Shown in pieces: positions 1-13,979 of a DNA stretch of 64,000 bases (positions are counted from its first letter, which is position 1; every line of letters starts with the position of its first letter). This DNA is from Phoronis australis. Lineage: Eukaryota > Animalia > Phoronida. The stretch is from contig NMRA01000131.1 of the NCBI GenBank assembly GCA_002633005.1, positions 559,808 to 623,807 on the forward strand. Reading direction: 5' to 3'. The notes under the pieces were generated by a model. It was not told the DNA's origin, did not search any database, and saw nothing but the letters and a program-made list of their open reading frames with translations. The position numbers and the translations under genes are program-made.

Positions 1-306
1 TAGGTGCCTACATACCAAATTTCATGAAAATCCGTTCAGGACTTTTGAAGATACAAAGGTAAGCGTAAAAAACTAAAATTGCCACTAGGGGGCACACCGG
101 TAGTCGGATCCGTCCGAAAGTTCGCACATGCCGTCCCATTCATGAATGGAACATATGTGCCAAATTTCATGAACATATGTCAAAGGGTTTTGGAGATAGA
201 TCAGCGGACGCCGGACACCGGATGCCGGACGGACGCCGCCCGAACGGACGGACGGACAGAGATGACGGCATAATGCGTCCACATATAAATATGTGGGCGC
301 ATAAAA
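1..306 (+). mobile_element. 3' end of a HINE/DINE-1-like (Helentron-associated) non-autonomous element
   Basis: Two copies of the core CCAAATTTCATGAA about 146 bp apart, a GGAC-rich microsatellite (about 204-260), then a terminal hairpin ATGCGTCCACATAT-AA-ATATGTGGGCGCAT (273-302) followed by AAAA. This is the typical HINE layout; the element is cut by the window start. Confidence 0.6.
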
Positions 307-1424
307 ATGAACGTTAAAATTCTGTTAAATTCTCTGAAATAGTAGATTTCAACAAGGTTTTTAACTCATTGTAGTACCTAAAAATACTGCAAATGATCTA
401 AGGTGAAACAAAAACGGTCAATTTGTTATCTACACCAATAATTAAAGCTTTCGACAAATGCACGGATGTGAGAAACACTGGATGCCAACACAGGTTTGGT
501 TTTGAGATTACTGGGGCAACTACTCTGATAATTAGGTTTGTATTTTGCAGCAACTGAGCAAAGATTCTTCACTTTCTACCATTTAGGTTAAGGTTAAAAC
601 ATTTTCCAATAAACTAAATTTTAATGTCAGAAATTTCTAGATTGATTGACCAAACGTTTAACCTCAGTTCTCATGCCATTAATAATTAATAACATAAATT
701 GTGTAACTGCTTTCTATGAAAAAAACACGGTAAAACAAAGCTCACAAGCACTTTCACAGAACCCATTCAAATATAAATGAGAAACAATAATGTGCAGAAC
801 TTATAAGATACCGTAAGCTATACTGTGTGTCTTGCATCAGGCACTAGGACATTATGGTACTTATCACAAATATACTTAGATGTCAAGACAAGAACCTGAT
901 TTCCCAACAGAGAATTGCCTAGTCAAACACTACAGATGTACCTAGGTTCACCTGAGTAATGAAGACTGCAGTGTTTCAGTTATAAGAATGCAACCACTTC
1001 AGCCAAACAGATAACCTGTCCCCAATCACTTTGGCAAAAAATTGATGTGTTCATTGTCGGTCATAAATTGATTAATGCTATCATCAACAAAGGCTCCTTA
1101 TCCCTGTGCATGTGTGTCCTTTGAAGAAAGTTGTGGCATGGCTAACAAAAACATAAACACGATAACTCAAATCACCAGTAATGTGCCAACAAAAAATTAC
1201 ACAATCAACCATTAGTATTACTGGTAATGACGTATTCCATACTGAAGGAAATGCCATACATAGCCCCCATCACAAGTCCATAAGTGAGAAATGAATTTTC
1301 GCTGAATGCCAGATTATGATAAGTCTTATTGTTTTAGCTTTTCTATCAAATGAGATTGGGATAACTCTTAAAATATGAGCCATGTCAGCCATTGTTCCCT
1401 TATTACGTATTCTGATGCAAGGTC

Positions 1425-1456
1425 ACGCACGCATGCACACACGCACGCACGCACTC
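1425..1456. repeat. (CACG/CA)n microsatellite
   Basis: cacgcacgcatgcacacacgcacgcacgcact read directly. Confidence 0.8.
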
Positions 1457-1590
1457 ACCTCTAGTAGGTAAGGGAAAACTTGTAGCAAGAAATTTTCAAT
1501 TAAAGAATGGAAACTGAGGATTCTTTCATAATACAGCAATCCAGCATCACCGACCAATCACTAAAAAGGCAACTCTATGCTTAAACAGTC

Positions 1591-1997
1591 CTGGGCCCAG
1601 TCTCTAATCTTTGTAATCGAAACCAACTCGAAACTATTTTTGGCAATTTCTCTGCTCCTTTTGTGCAAACTTAAGATAATTGGTTATCAGACTGTGCTCA
1701 AATACATTATAGTTTATGCATAGGAGTTTCTAGTTTAAATTTGCCCTTGAAAACTTTTATATTCGTGCTACAAACTCGAGTAAAAACTCGAAATTTCGAG
1801 TTCAAACTCGAACTTAATGCTTTAATATTGGGTTTACAAACTGTGAACTAAGGGTAATAAATTATCTACGTAAGTTATTGTGTACTCGAGCACAGAATAC
1901 TAGACACTTATCTTGAGTTCGCCCAAAAGTAGAGTAGGAAATGCCAAACCTATTTTCGAGTTCCATTTCGAGTAAAAAGATTGGAGACCGGGCCCTG
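1591..1997. mobile_element. MITE, family A (C[A/T]GGGCCC termini, probable 2-bp TSD, CMC/EnSpm-like)
   Basis: Imperfect TIRs of about 60 bp (ctgggcccagtctctaatctttgtaatcgaaac... / ...ttcgagtaaaaagattggagaccgggccctg), TC on both flanks, internal CTCGAA/TTCGAG repeats, and a second copy at 14571-14953. Confidence 0.8.
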
Positions 1998-2089
1998 TCC
2001 TAATTCTGAAAAACACTTACTTTTCACTCACGTGATCTCACATTTCTCACAAGAAAAGAAATGCAGCTTGGTCACAAATCGGATTTTAA

Positions 2090-2400
2090 ACTACTGCCAT
2101 CTGATTTTTGTAGGACCCTAGAAAATTTGGCTAATTTTGGAACATCATATCTCAGCAACGGCTGCTGGTGTTCATAGATAATGTGTTTGATACACTGTTC
2201 TCCAAAGCTCTGACAGGAATTGTTTCCAAAATGCTCTACTTTTGTATGAGGAGTTATCAAGAAATTGAACATTTATGATTTTCACAGAAAAAACAAAAGC
2301 TGCATAAAACGAAACAGAAAAATAATTTAGAAAACCGTAACACCATTTTTGAGATTGCATCTTGAATCATTTATATCTAATGAAATTTGACCACAAAATT
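2090..2400 (+). mobile_element. Degenerate DNA-transposon-derived interspersed repeat (family K, possibly Kolobok/TTAA-type)
   Basis: The block tgtaggaccc...ttggctaattttggaacatcatatctcagcaacggc...cactgttctccaaagctctg recurs in reverse complement near 11550-11665 and 31760-31850. Boundaries are approximate. Confidence 0.5.
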
Positions 2401-3520
2401 GCTGCCGCTATTTTACTATCAAAGTACCTTTGTTTTTAGCAACATTTTACTGAGAGTACACGTGACCCAATTAATGGCAGATTGGTAAAAAGTCAAAAAT
2501 CAAATTCTACATGCTTCCTACTTCAGAAAATACATACCTCATAACCAAGTTAAAATCTATAGTTATGGCTAAATACACAGACTAGGCAATGAGGATTAAC
2601 ATAACCTCAAACAAAACACATGATGAATAGATATTGACTTGTAAATGTGTACTAGTCATGACACTGATGTAACAAGTGATGTTCAAGCATCCCAACCACA
2701 CATTCACTTATGCTTCAGAAAATGGAGTTTGCACTAAGCAACATGTCCAACAACACTGATAGCTTGTGAATGATTTACGTATTTATCAACTATAAAAGGA
2801 ACTGAATAATCTGGAAACCAACTAATGAACGTACATTTGTGTATTGAGTTTTTTAAAAATATTCCATAGTAAAAATCTACTGCTAAATAAATGCTTTTTG
2901 CTGGAAGTAAATCTAGTGGCAGCAGTCCTACACTTAATATACATAGTAGGAAACAGTAAGTTATTTATGACTAATAAATAGTCTAAATGTAATAAAGCTT
3001 CTCATATTCTTTACCAACCATGAGAAGGCCAAAGGTAATTTAGAACAGACAAAAGTTATGACACTAAAAATCTAGTATGCTCCAAAGAATCGAATTAGCA
3101 AGTGTTCCAAAATTTATTAAGATTGTGTACAGTGGACAGAATAGACAAATAGTATTCTCTCAACCATCTTACTTAACATTATTTGATCCATATGGCCATA
3201 GGTTCCTCTCTCAAATTGCTTAGATTGCGTTTCTGGCATTACAACTGCAAAAACTATAGGTGAAAGTGTCCCTTGGCAACTTTACAGGGATATCAGTTTT
3301 ACCACTGAAAAATGAATTGGAATTATTGTTGGACGGGATAGACTTCTTGAAGTTACTAACTTTGATCAGAGCTATAAAACAACAAAATCTGTTGTGTTGC
3401 GATTTTGTAAAAATTATCATTTCTCACCCTCGTCTGTCAGACCTTCGGTAAATCAAGGCCACAAGTTTCCAGTTACCTAAACACGCTTAAAATACTCCAT
3501 TCGTTATTCAATGGGCATTA

Positions 3521-3660
3521 GCCCCGCCAGTAGCCAGCGTGGCAATATTGGCTGCGACATTGGGAGTTCAAGGTTTGATTACATACTAAGTCGACGATAC
3601 TGTACCTTCAAAAAAGAGGTCGCTAAAATCGCCTGCGATAAACATGCCGTGTTTTTGTTT
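3521..3660 (+). mobile_element. Possible decayed tRNA-derived SINE
   Basis: A-box-like TAGCCAGCGTGG and B-box-like GGTTTGATTAC at tRNA-like spacing, in a locally CpG-rich patch; no intact cloverleaf. Confidence 0.3.
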
Positions 3661-4984
3661 CGGTAGTTAACAAGCCTTATACAGGTTGTAGTTGTACAAT
3701 CAGTACGCATTCTTCGGTAACATCCCTTAATTCAAACCTATAGTAAATTTGCATTTTATTTTCTTCTGCAGCCATCTGTTGTTTTCAAATCCATCTGCAT
3801 TTGTATAGGTCCATTAATACACTGCAGTTTGCTGGTAACACTTGAAGACTACTTGTTATGGATGACGAAAATATGTAAGGAAGTGAAAACAAAACTACAC
3901 GTGCCAACATATTCATCACTTTACAGGTAACAATGTTCATAAACATTTTGACAACTATAGTATGATAAAGCTGATGAAAAAACCATGATTAGCCTTGATC
4001 AATTTTGTCAGTTTGTGCCGAACATGATGGTCAGGTAGGATGTTTTGTTAATTAAGTAGTCTCCAAAAATAAACTGGAAAATCGTCCAGACTACTGTTAG
4101 AGATTATCCATGACTTCCCTTGATATATTTTCTTCCCGTTCTTTATTTTTCTACTTCATTTTACTTGTAACAAAACATAACAGTGTCCTCAATCAGGCGA
4201 GAGGAAAAGTGTGCCTGTGCCTTCAGAGATGGGAATTTTTTAGGGTGAGTGGAAAATTCTCCCCCCCCCCCTCCAGGGAATTTTCTCAGTCACTTGAGGG
4301 GAATTTTTGGCTTCATAAGGAGTGATTCTTCGATATTCTTCAGAGGTTAATGGAGCTGAGGTTCGACCCCAAAGTTGGGAGAAGTGAGGGCCAATATCAC
4401 AACCCCAGAAAACTGGGTTACTAGTGAAACATAAACAATCTGCTTTTTGATGACGTGTTTACAAAAAGACATGACTTAACAAATATCATATGACCAACCG
4501 TTTAGTGTTACTCCCAGTCCAACCGTGAGGTAGTTGATCTGGTCAAAAGTATGTGATCTGGCATTACATCCAGATCAGAATAACATTTACGTTTGCCAGC
4601 GTGAACAAAAAGGCATTGAAAATTCCTTATTTCATGACAAGATTACAGACACATTTTTGGAATCAAAAGTATTGTAAAAAGTAACAGTCAGGTGTGTTAC
4701 CCATGTCAGTAGTATCACAACAAAGAACAAGACAGGCTACCGTATTAATGGTGAACCTTAGTATCTTAAAAAGCCACAGATTCAGTGAAAGAGCTGTATG
4801 GCTGAAATTGCACGCTATTGAAATTAATACATTGGCAAAACTTGTCAAAAATTGCTCCAAAAGGATAATGGCATCGATTAATAGAGCATTTAGTAAAAGT
4901 AATGTCATGTGCACATTCACACTGAAACGGAGAAAGAAGTGCCGAAAGTGGTACAACTCAAGACAATATATGCGTTCCTTATTA

Positions 4985-5635
4985 TGGCGTGTTATATATT
5001 CAATGTTCAAAAAATTAGGTTTGATGTAATTATGTGTATTCGATACCTTATATTTATATTTGATCTTATAGCATGTACATTTGATGTCAAAATATTTGTA
5101 TTCCATAATGAAAATACTTATGTGCGATAACTTAGTATATATGTTCGATGTTTCATTTTATATGTTCGATGTTTCGTCTTATGTGTTCGATGTTTCTTTT
5201 GATATGTTCAATAACGGAATTATGGGTAATATGAAACGACGTCCCTGATTGGTTCCTGGAATAAAATAAATGGCGGCTACCAAAGAAGAGTTGCTTCCTC
5301 ATTTTTTCAAAGACAAACAACAATTGTCTCTCTATGCCGAAAGAGGACCTGCGGGTAAATAACGTCTCAACACAGCTGACCAATCATAGCCGTCGTTTCA
5401 ATTTACCCAGAGTTCCATTATCGAACGTAACCGGAACACATCGAACAGAAATTTTCAAAACATTGAATACAATAGTAATGAACATTGAAGACATATAATC
5501 TTATGAAACATAAATGTAGATAACATTGAATATAAGATCAAATATAAATATAAGAAGATCAAATATATCCAATACACGTAATTACATCAAACCTAATTTT
5601 TTTGAACATTGAATTTTGCAACACATAACACGCCA
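4985..5635. mobile_element. Foldback MITE with long TIRs and TA target duplication
   Basis: TA|TGGCGTGTTAT...ATAACACGCCA|TA. The inverted arms continue for more than 200 bp (ttcaatgttcaaaaaattaggtttgatgtaatt / aattacatcaaacctaatttt...tgaacattgaa; gggtaatatgaaacgacg / cgtcgtttcaatttaccc). Confidence 0.85.
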
Positions 5636-7485
5636 TACCCTATATCACCACTTTCTATTTAGAGCTAAGTGTTTCAATATAGATATTAGTGTGTTTCAAA
5701 CTCTACAGCTCTACTCCCTAGTATGTCTATCAAGGTATAACACAGCTATGTGGACAACTTAGACAGGTGACACACAAGACATGTCAACATAGACTGGTTG
5801 TCACAACAACTCCTTGCCATCAAAAAGATGATAAAGCGTACTGACTATGGAGCCAACAACAGTGAGCTAAGAATGTCCGATTCAACACTGGGTCAGAGGT
5901 TATCAAATGTGAATAAGGTTGATTACAGATAACAGAAAACAAATATTAACTTTTATTTTAAAGAAGCTACTCTATTCTGGCTTGGGAAAGGGCAGGAACT
6001 ATTCAAATTACAGTGACACAGGTTATCACTTTATAAAGTACCTTACACAACAAGTCTTAAAATTGAGATAAAACTAATTGCTCAAAGTAAAACTGACAGT
6101 TCTCCACTTTCCTAATACTTACTACAACATCAAAGTTTTACTAAGCGTTGTCTGATGATAGCAATACAAATTAAGCAATGAAGTAAAATTTTGCGATCTG
6201 TCATATCAAGTCCTACAGTAAAGTTCAAGAAAGTTTTACACGAGATAATAAAGTGCTGACACTCCATACAAAAATGTGTTTAACTATCTGGAAAATTTGG
6301 TAACTAACAACAAGCCCTTGGTCAGACTTGTGTGAGTAATATGAGTAATTATAGTCCTTGGTCAGACAAAACATTTTCTTTCATCCCTTAGACCCTGCAA
6401 TGCTCTGAGGGTGTACATGTACCCAGATACCCAGTGCAACTGTCATTGAATACCCATCAAGGGACAAGTGTAGACATGTCAAAGGAGCGTAGATATCCTG
6501 CTGTTTAGATGGGGTAATTTTATGCTAACTTCTATACACCATATCCCCCTTTAGAGGGGCCCAAGACTACTCTTTTCATATTCCTAAAAGAATGGACTGC
6601 ACAATGACACCCCATTACAGCACCTAGGAACACAAAACCCTTGTGTTATCAAGGTTAATACTGCATTAAATCACTTCTTTCAAGACAGGTGTTACTTCTT
6701 GAACAGTTATAGAGCTCCACCTTATTATCAAATCAAGTTATCAATATCCCCATCCCACTATTTAGTGTAAGGTTTTCTATTTTGGCAACAGACATGTTAA
6801 CTCTCCAGTAAACACCATGAGGAAGTATGTCAATGAAAAGGTTACATAAGTCTAACTGGGTGAGGTAATTTTATATTGTCCACCAAAATTAGGTTACCAG
6901 ACTTGGTACTCACCAGTACAGGATTGAAGTCTGATGAATGAAACCACGGCAGGCCATGAGAGGGAACAGTTAGTTACCCACCAAAAGGACCAGTCTTGTA
7001 TTTTCACAACCAGTTGTACATGGTCACAGATAGTGAGCACCACTTTGTAAACCATTCATGTAGCTGGTGACTGGCAAAGAACATCATGCCATCACCACAA
7101 CTGCAACCTTTATAGGGAATTCAAAATGGTCTCAAAGTTTCTTCATTAAATTGTAGAACATCTTCAATTTCAAACAAAAGGAAGACCAAAATTTCCACTT
7201 GATACACTGCAACAGTGCTCACCAGCTGTTGTCAGATAAAAGAGTACAAAAACATACTTTATGGGAACTTCCACCTCCTTCATACATCAAGTATCATTTC
7301 ACTGTTGTTTAGTCACCATCAGTGGTAAACCAAAGCCCTTTGGCATTAAAAAAGGTTATCCCCATCCATCCTGAATTATTGCCGAGAATGAGCCAGCACC
7401 TCAATGTATGCATGTGCAATATTCCAATTCCCAAATTTAGGGTTAGCCAAAACCAAAAAAAAATATCGCAATTCCTCGAGTCATT

Positions 7486-7647
7486 AGTCCTGTCCACACA
7501 CAGCCTACTCCAGAACAACTTCTACAGGTACTAGTGGAATTTACCCCACTGTTAAGTGGAGCATCCACACAGTCACATATACAAATATCCCATAAATAAG
7601 CAAGTTGTCGCTCTAAAGGAAGTCCGTTGCCGTGTGTGGACAGCACT
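7486..7647. mobile_element. Short, internally deleted PIF/Harbinger-type MITE, family B
   Basis: TIR agtcctgtccacaca / tgtgtggacagcact; the internal sequence ttaccccact.ttaagtggagcatccacaca is shared with the longer copy at 52460-52849. Confidence 0.7.
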
Positions 7648-9122
7648 ACTGATGGTTTTGAATGTTCTTGTTGGTAACGTTTCAAATGAAGTTGTATCAC
7701 GGTAAAAGCATATGAGCTCACGAGGCTTAATTCATTTTCTGGGCCTGTTTGGAAGCTGAATACTGAGGAAATGTAGTTTTAATTCATTGTTATTGCAAAA
7801 TCAACAAAATTAAATTTCTGTTGCAATTCTTGGCTAACTTGAACAAAAATGAGGACCAAATAAAGTCAAAATCACAACCAGTTTTTTTAAAACGTCCAGT
7901 TCGGAGTCCCTTATTTGTGATCTCCGGGGGCCCTATTATTCCCAGAAGCACAACACTTGGCCTGTTTACCTCTGTTCCCACTTAACCAAAACCACAACAC
8001 TTGCTCTGTTTAAAAACACAAATGTCTTAAAGACTGAATAGAGCTGAGCTATCCTACCACACTAATGTATCTTTACATCTTACAATAGAGGAGAATATTT
8101 TGTTTGAGTTATTTCTATTGCTGGCTAAGAAAAACATTTACAGGTATGTACATGGATGGGTCAATAGTTGGCCATTCTTAACAACGAACAGACACCATGC
8201 TGAGTTATTAAAACAACACATGTTGGTTATTCATAACCACGATGAACAAGTGAACAAGGGTCTACTTGAAAATAACAGACTGAAAACAAATCTTGCCTGA
8301 ATTGACAACTAGCTGCGTGTTCATTCAATGAATTCGTCAAGAATGAAGATTGAATGTTGGAGTAAACAATATTATCAAAGATTCTTGGAGCAAAGAACAT
8401 CAAACAACATGAAAACGAGCATTTCTAAAAGTTATGTTGCAAGAAGCAAAGTACTGTAAAATGTCACTAATTTCTGATAAAAATATTTGCCAACATTGTC
8501 AGTCTAACATTTTTTAAGTGCTCCAAACAATGTTTTGAATGTCCACAATTTTCATGTATTATATGGTAGCTAGGGTTACAGAACTTGAACACAGAAAAGC
8601 CTTAATTTGGGGTAACACATCTTTCAGGGGGAGAGTGAGAACATAAAGTATCACTTCTTCACCATATCGTGCTCTAAATTAATGAGTCGGTTTAATTGAT
8701 ATCCCTCTGACAGGGGGGATAACACATACATTTTGTTACATGAGAATGACCAAGTGTCAAACAATCAAGGAACCTTACAAGGTAAAATTGCTTACAGCGA
8801 ATATCAAAATACAAACAACTGCATACTAATTAGGATATTAGGGTAACACAGGCATAATCCCTGAGCAATTTATTTACATGAATACTGGGAACAAAATCTA
8901 ATAAAATGTGGACCAAGTGTTAAAATGAGTAAATCAATTCCTGATCAATACTGACCATGTTATGATGTTTAGCAAGACCCCCATTGATTAGAGAAGTTCC
9001 ACCAATAGCGTTATTCACAGCTTAGCAATGATCTCTTGAACACACACTGGGGATTGTTTGAAGAGGTACTATAAAACTATAAAACCTCACAAATTTATGA
9101 TGTAATAATATAACAAATACTT

Positions 9123-9273
9123 GGTAAGCCTCAGTAACGCTAGGACCTTGCTAAAAACCAAGACTTGGCGAGATTACATGAGATATTGCGGTATTTCAAA
9201 TGTGAACATATGATTTTGGTTACATTTTAGCAAGGTCCTTAAGCGTAGGTCCTAGCGTTACTAAACTCTACCC
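9123..9273. mobile_element. Small foldback MITE
   Basis: agtaacgctaggaccttgctaaaa...accaa is inverted against ttggttacattttagcaaggtcct...aggtcctagcgttact. Confidence 0.65.
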
Positions 9274-10550
9274 TTGTCTGACACACATACTAGACATGCA
9301 CAGCCGCTCGGGTGGGCCCATTACACTGATTACCAGATGTAATATTACCGACAAAAGAATTTTTTTCACAAAAATACGGTGTGCCTAACAAATGCTTGAT
9401 TATCTTATAGGTTGTACACTACAACTAGGCACCAGATAATGTGTTGAGATATTTTAGGCATTCATAACATTGTTCAAGCTTTTGAAAACTGTAAAGGGTC
9501 AGTTTTGTCAGAAATTGGCGAGATCTCACCAAAGACCTACACCCGCCCAGATATCAATGACTGGCCCCTGGTGGCAAAGCACTGAAGCTCATTGGGCAAG
9601 GCTATCAGGGTGAACTCAACAGTCAAAGTCCACTAAACCAGTCCATTCCACTTGACTGCCCTTTTACTTGAGAAAACTGTGGTAACTTTTATACCAAGTT
9701 CAATGCTCATTTCCAGTCAATAGCATTTTCTTTATCTTAAAGCCCATCTTGAACAGTAACACCTGTAAGTCTGGTTCCTACAGTATGTTAAGAGCATTGC
9801 TCTGAGCCCAGTAGTGTCATAAATTGTCAAAATGTAACAAACTAGTAGGCATATTGGCTTGCTTTCCGCACGCAATGGTGTTCTATTCAGACCCTTGTAG
9901 GAATGTTTAGCAAGACGATAAATTGACATCATTATGATGTTTGGGCCCAGTGTGACGGCATGTCCATTTTTAATTCGGGGTCCATATTGCGTCATCTACC
10001 GCCATATTGAATCGAGTGATCACTAAACCTCCAAATTCAATACCACTGTTAGCGGCATTTTGTCGTTTAGGCTGGGATCTTGCAGTGACACAATATGTAA
10101 CCAAAAAAACAGCTTCGCCTATCATTTGTCGGGCCAACATTTGCGTGATTAAACTAGTTTTCTTATTTTGCTGAGGCTTTGCTAGGACTACCTGGTTAGC
10201 CCAATATATCTAAAACATAGGGCTCATTTACCTGTAGACACTACAACACACATCAGGTCCACATAGATCATTTCCTATCAGATGTTGAATATAACCATTA
10301 GGGTAACAGAACAAATTAAATTAGCTACATTAAATATCATCAATTGATAACTTCATGCGCAAATGAATTTGTCAGTTTGCATTCCTATAGATAAAGCCTT
10401 TTATTTATTTATAGAAGTTTGGTTTCAATTCATTAAAGAGAAGGAACATGACATTGCATTTTAAGCCATGTTTTACAATAAGCTCAGAAGACAGTACCTC
10501 ATTTTCATGAATTCTCTATAATGTTAAAATGTTTCGTAAGACTAACTTAC

Positions 10551-10862
10551 CCCCTGTACTGATGGTAAGGCAGTTAGCGCTGGTGTGAGTAGGCTGATGA
10601 GACCAAAGTTCTCTAACGATGACCGGCGCTCGAACTGCCGAGTCTGATTAGGACTAGAGTCACGATCGGTCTTGGGCGTCAGCGACTTGTTGTCATCCAC
10701 GTCCACAACATGGCTGCCATCATCATGTGACACATTATTACTGGATACAGACGTGACGTGGCCATTTTGGGTATCACTAGTATCACCGTCAGTCAACATG
10801 GATTGTGACGTGTCACCACCATGAATGACAACTGTAGGAGGAGTTAATGTTGACTTTGACAT
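10551..10862 (-). CDS. First coding exon (104 aa, Ser/Thr/Asp-rich N-terminus) of an unidentified - strand gene
   Basis: ATG at 10862 with an in-frame TAG 12 nt upstream. The ORF MSKSTLTPPTVVIH...RRSSLENFGLISLLTPALTALPSVQG ends exactly at a strong phase-0 donor GGG|GTAAGT. The acceptor tttgtttacag lies at 11092-11093, so the exon spans 10551-11091. No downstream exon was recognised in the window. Confidence 0.7.
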
Positions 10863-11439
10863 CTTTCTCTCCTAGTTGAGTCTAGCTGCACTATACCAGT
10901 AACACCTCACATTTCCTTTTTCCTGACACCAGTATGACCTTATGATCAGAAAATGGTTGCAGTATTCTAAAAACTATGGCTTCTGTCTGTGGAGCTTGTC
11001 ACATTGCAGATTGTGCTTGAATGTTTGTTTACTCCATGCAACACGCCAATGTTGCCATGCCTTTCTTAACAAGTACACCATTCAACATCCACTGTAAACA
11101 AATGATAAGTGTATGTTGTTAAATAACACACACTCTCAAAACCAAGGGTTCTTGTAATTACCTTTCAGACATAAAGGTCTACCACAACTGCCCCAGATGA
11201 AAAGCAGATGAAACACCCTGTCCACATGCAGTCACTTTCAAGGTTATGTAGGACCCTGTTGAAAAGACTGTATCACGCAAAATATATACAAACCTTAACT
11301 CCTAAAAGTATTTTTCCTGAAAGTTGATATCCTGTAGAAATTGAGATTTGATTATTACCAAACGACATTAAATGAGCCATGTATTTTTAGTGACCTTAGC
11401 AAAGAAGAAAGGTACATTGATGGCAAAATAATGATATCA

Positions 11440-12060
11440 AATTTTATTAAATATAAGTGTTCAGCATGGATGCGTTAAAACGCCAGTGTTACTGTCTAAA
11501 ATATTTCATTTTTGTTTTGTGCAACTAGAGGGTTTTTTAATTGAAAGTTATTTGGAGAGCAGGGTTTAGAGAACAGTGACTAAATGTTTCTTATGAATCC
11601 ACTAGGCCACTTCTGAGATATGATATTCTGAAGTTAGACAAATATGGTCATTTTATGGTCCTACATAACCTAAAATAATTATGGGATGTAGCACAAAACT
11701 TGAGTCAGTAGGAGTACGTACTGATGACTGAATAAACATATAATACTGAATGCTCAGCAAAAATCAAATTGATAATATGTACAGTAGTTCTCAAAAAAAC
11801 TCAATATAGAAATTTGACAAAGTTTTGAGGCATTAAATAAACCTATGGAGAAATAATCTTCAATTTGGGACAAAACAATTGCTAAAAATGTCATATTTCT
11901 ATGTTTCAAAGGTTTACATTCATGCAAATGTTGAAAATTTTACGGGTTGTTTGGTAATACCTACATGATACTGAACCGTGCTAAAAGCAAAAAAAAATTG
12001 TGAAAAGTTTTTTTGAGAAACTTCACAAAATGATTTTTTACCTAGGCTGTACACCATATT
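11440..12060 (-). mobile_element. Degenerate family K repeat (inverted relative to the 2.1 kb copy)
   Basis: gagaacagtg...ctgagatatgatattctgaagttagacaaatatgg...ggtcctaca matches the reverse complement of 2110-2215. Boundaries are approximate. Confidence 0.45.
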
Positions 12061-13464
12061 GTGTACCAAACAGAAGAATTTTTAGAGTAGATCTTTTGGA
12101 CAACAACCCATTTTAATTACTGTTCAAGTGCACTGACATAATAATTAGCAGCTAGGCACAATAAACTCACATCAAAATCTGTCAAAAAAACTTTTTCATT
12201 AAGCATGACCAAAGTTTAACTGAACTGCACCAATAATTCTGGCATGGTGTTCATTCAATTTTGGTAAAGTCTGGCAGAATTCTGTCAAAATCTCTCAAGT
12301 TTGTTTTGAAAACAACTGTACTAATTTCAATAAAAAGGATTCATGCAATTTCTGAAACATCTATTTCACAAAACCATTCCTACATTAAATTCTACAAAGA
12401 CGACAGTTGGATACACCCCATTTTATTCAACCCATTACAACTGTGTTTAAAACCTGAGTACAGTAAAATCTCACCAAATTAGTACACAAAATTTACAGCT
12501 AACGGCTGAAATTTTATTTTCTTATTTTTTACATAAAATGTAAAACATCAAATAAATACAGTATCAGGTTCTCAAGTTTTGTATTCATATCTACCATCAC
12601 ACAACATTGTGGTTAATCACAACAATGTAAGATCTTGAAAAATTAGAAAAGCGTAATTTTGTAACTATAATTTTGTCAGAAATTGACGAGATTTTACCAT
12701 GCTGTCCAAGTAGCATAACTTTTATTTAAATTATATCTCTTACCACTATAAAATTGATCTTAACTTGCTTCACACTCAAATGAGAAGTGATTTTTGGTCT
12801 TGCAATGACCTGGCATGTTGTTAATACTTGAAACGATGCTTAGGGAACAAAATGACACCGCACACATGACAAGCCAACTTGTAGAGCCTAGTATCAATAA
12901 TGAACTGTCGCATCTTCAGGCCTGCGCTGAAATCACCTCCTCAATTTGAATAAGCAACAGTTTGAGACCAATTTCATAACATCAAGTAGTCTCAATCAAA
13001 AGAGCTTTGTTTTTGTGATGGCAGGCGGGAAACCCTTTTAAAAGTAGTGGTAGAAATGTTTAAGTAAATTGGATGCCTACATATATATGAAGACGGAACA
13101 AACAGTCTGCACTGTGACATGAACTGAGTTTCCATTATTGACTAGATAGTAGTCAGCACTGAACAAACACTTGCATTTTTGCCTCAAGCATTTTTCTATT
13201 CAACTTAGACCTACAACTGAAAGAGTTCAACTTTTTTTACTTGGGAATCCATTCAATGCTATAATTCCAATTCAATATTCCTAGTTCAGAGTATTAGTGT
13301 TAAAGTTATTTTGTGTGAGTACCAGTAAATTATTTCTTGCTTTTCAGGTAATCTTGGTGTTATTGTAATAGGCCTGCAATCAGTCAGCAAAAACTTAGAA
13401 CACTCGAGGCTGGTACGAATGTACTCCTCAGCCTCGCGGGAGGTAATTGGTTTAGCCTACTTAC

Positions 13465-13720
13465 CTGAACTGTGAAGTCTTTGCACTGACCAATGCCAAA
13501 CGATAACCCCACGTTGTCAAATTTTACGAAAACTAAAATGAGAACAGGTTCATCATTTCCCCTCGAGCTTTCCTCTTGAACTTCGCGGCGCTTGAATTAG
13601 TGACAACTCGGTCGAAAGGACTTGAGTTGAAGTTGAGACACTCGGCAGCGAACGACGACGGGACGTCCAGCCCAGGCCGTGCCAAGATGCCAAGTCGGTT
13701 CGAGTTGCCAGTTATAGTTT
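13465..13720 (-). other. Probable non-coding first exon of the - strand gene
   Basis: Consensus donor CAG|GTAAGTA on the - strand at 13465/13464 inside a CpG-rich stretch. A second - strand donor TAG|GTGAGT at 13854/13853 may mark an alternative first exon. The 5' end is approximate. Confidence 0.5.
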
Positions 13721-13979
13721 TAAAAAATATTTCTCGTCACCTTGAATACCCCAGTAGTTATAATTTATAGAGAGCCTTCCTCTGACACAAGAGCGCAGTT
13801 CAACAATAGCTTTAGGCGGAAATTGGACATGAATACAAAGCAAACAAACTCACCTAACTTCACTTGGCAACTTTGTGACTGAACATTCGATACGTGGTTG
13901 TATATATGTACTGTACAGTACCGACACCTATCGATTGAATGAAATACCAAACTGGGTCGGACCTTGTCCTGGACTGTAC

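Noticed and set aside
3521-3600. Functional tRNA gene
   Set aside because: The B-box is mutated and no cloverleaf can be folded; at most SINE-derived.
4663-5383. Overlapping ORFs of 73-147 aa
   Set aside because: They overlap an AT-rich foldback MITE and have no splice signals or protein-like composition.
6931-6945. CTGATGA-AT-GAAAC hammerhead-like string
   Set aside because: No stem II and no stem I/III pairing; chance match.
6914-7150. Possible - strand exon ending at donor CTG|GTGAGT (6914/6913)
   Set aside because: The phase-0 frame has a stop shortly upstream and no convincing acceptor, so it cannot be linked to the 10551 exon.
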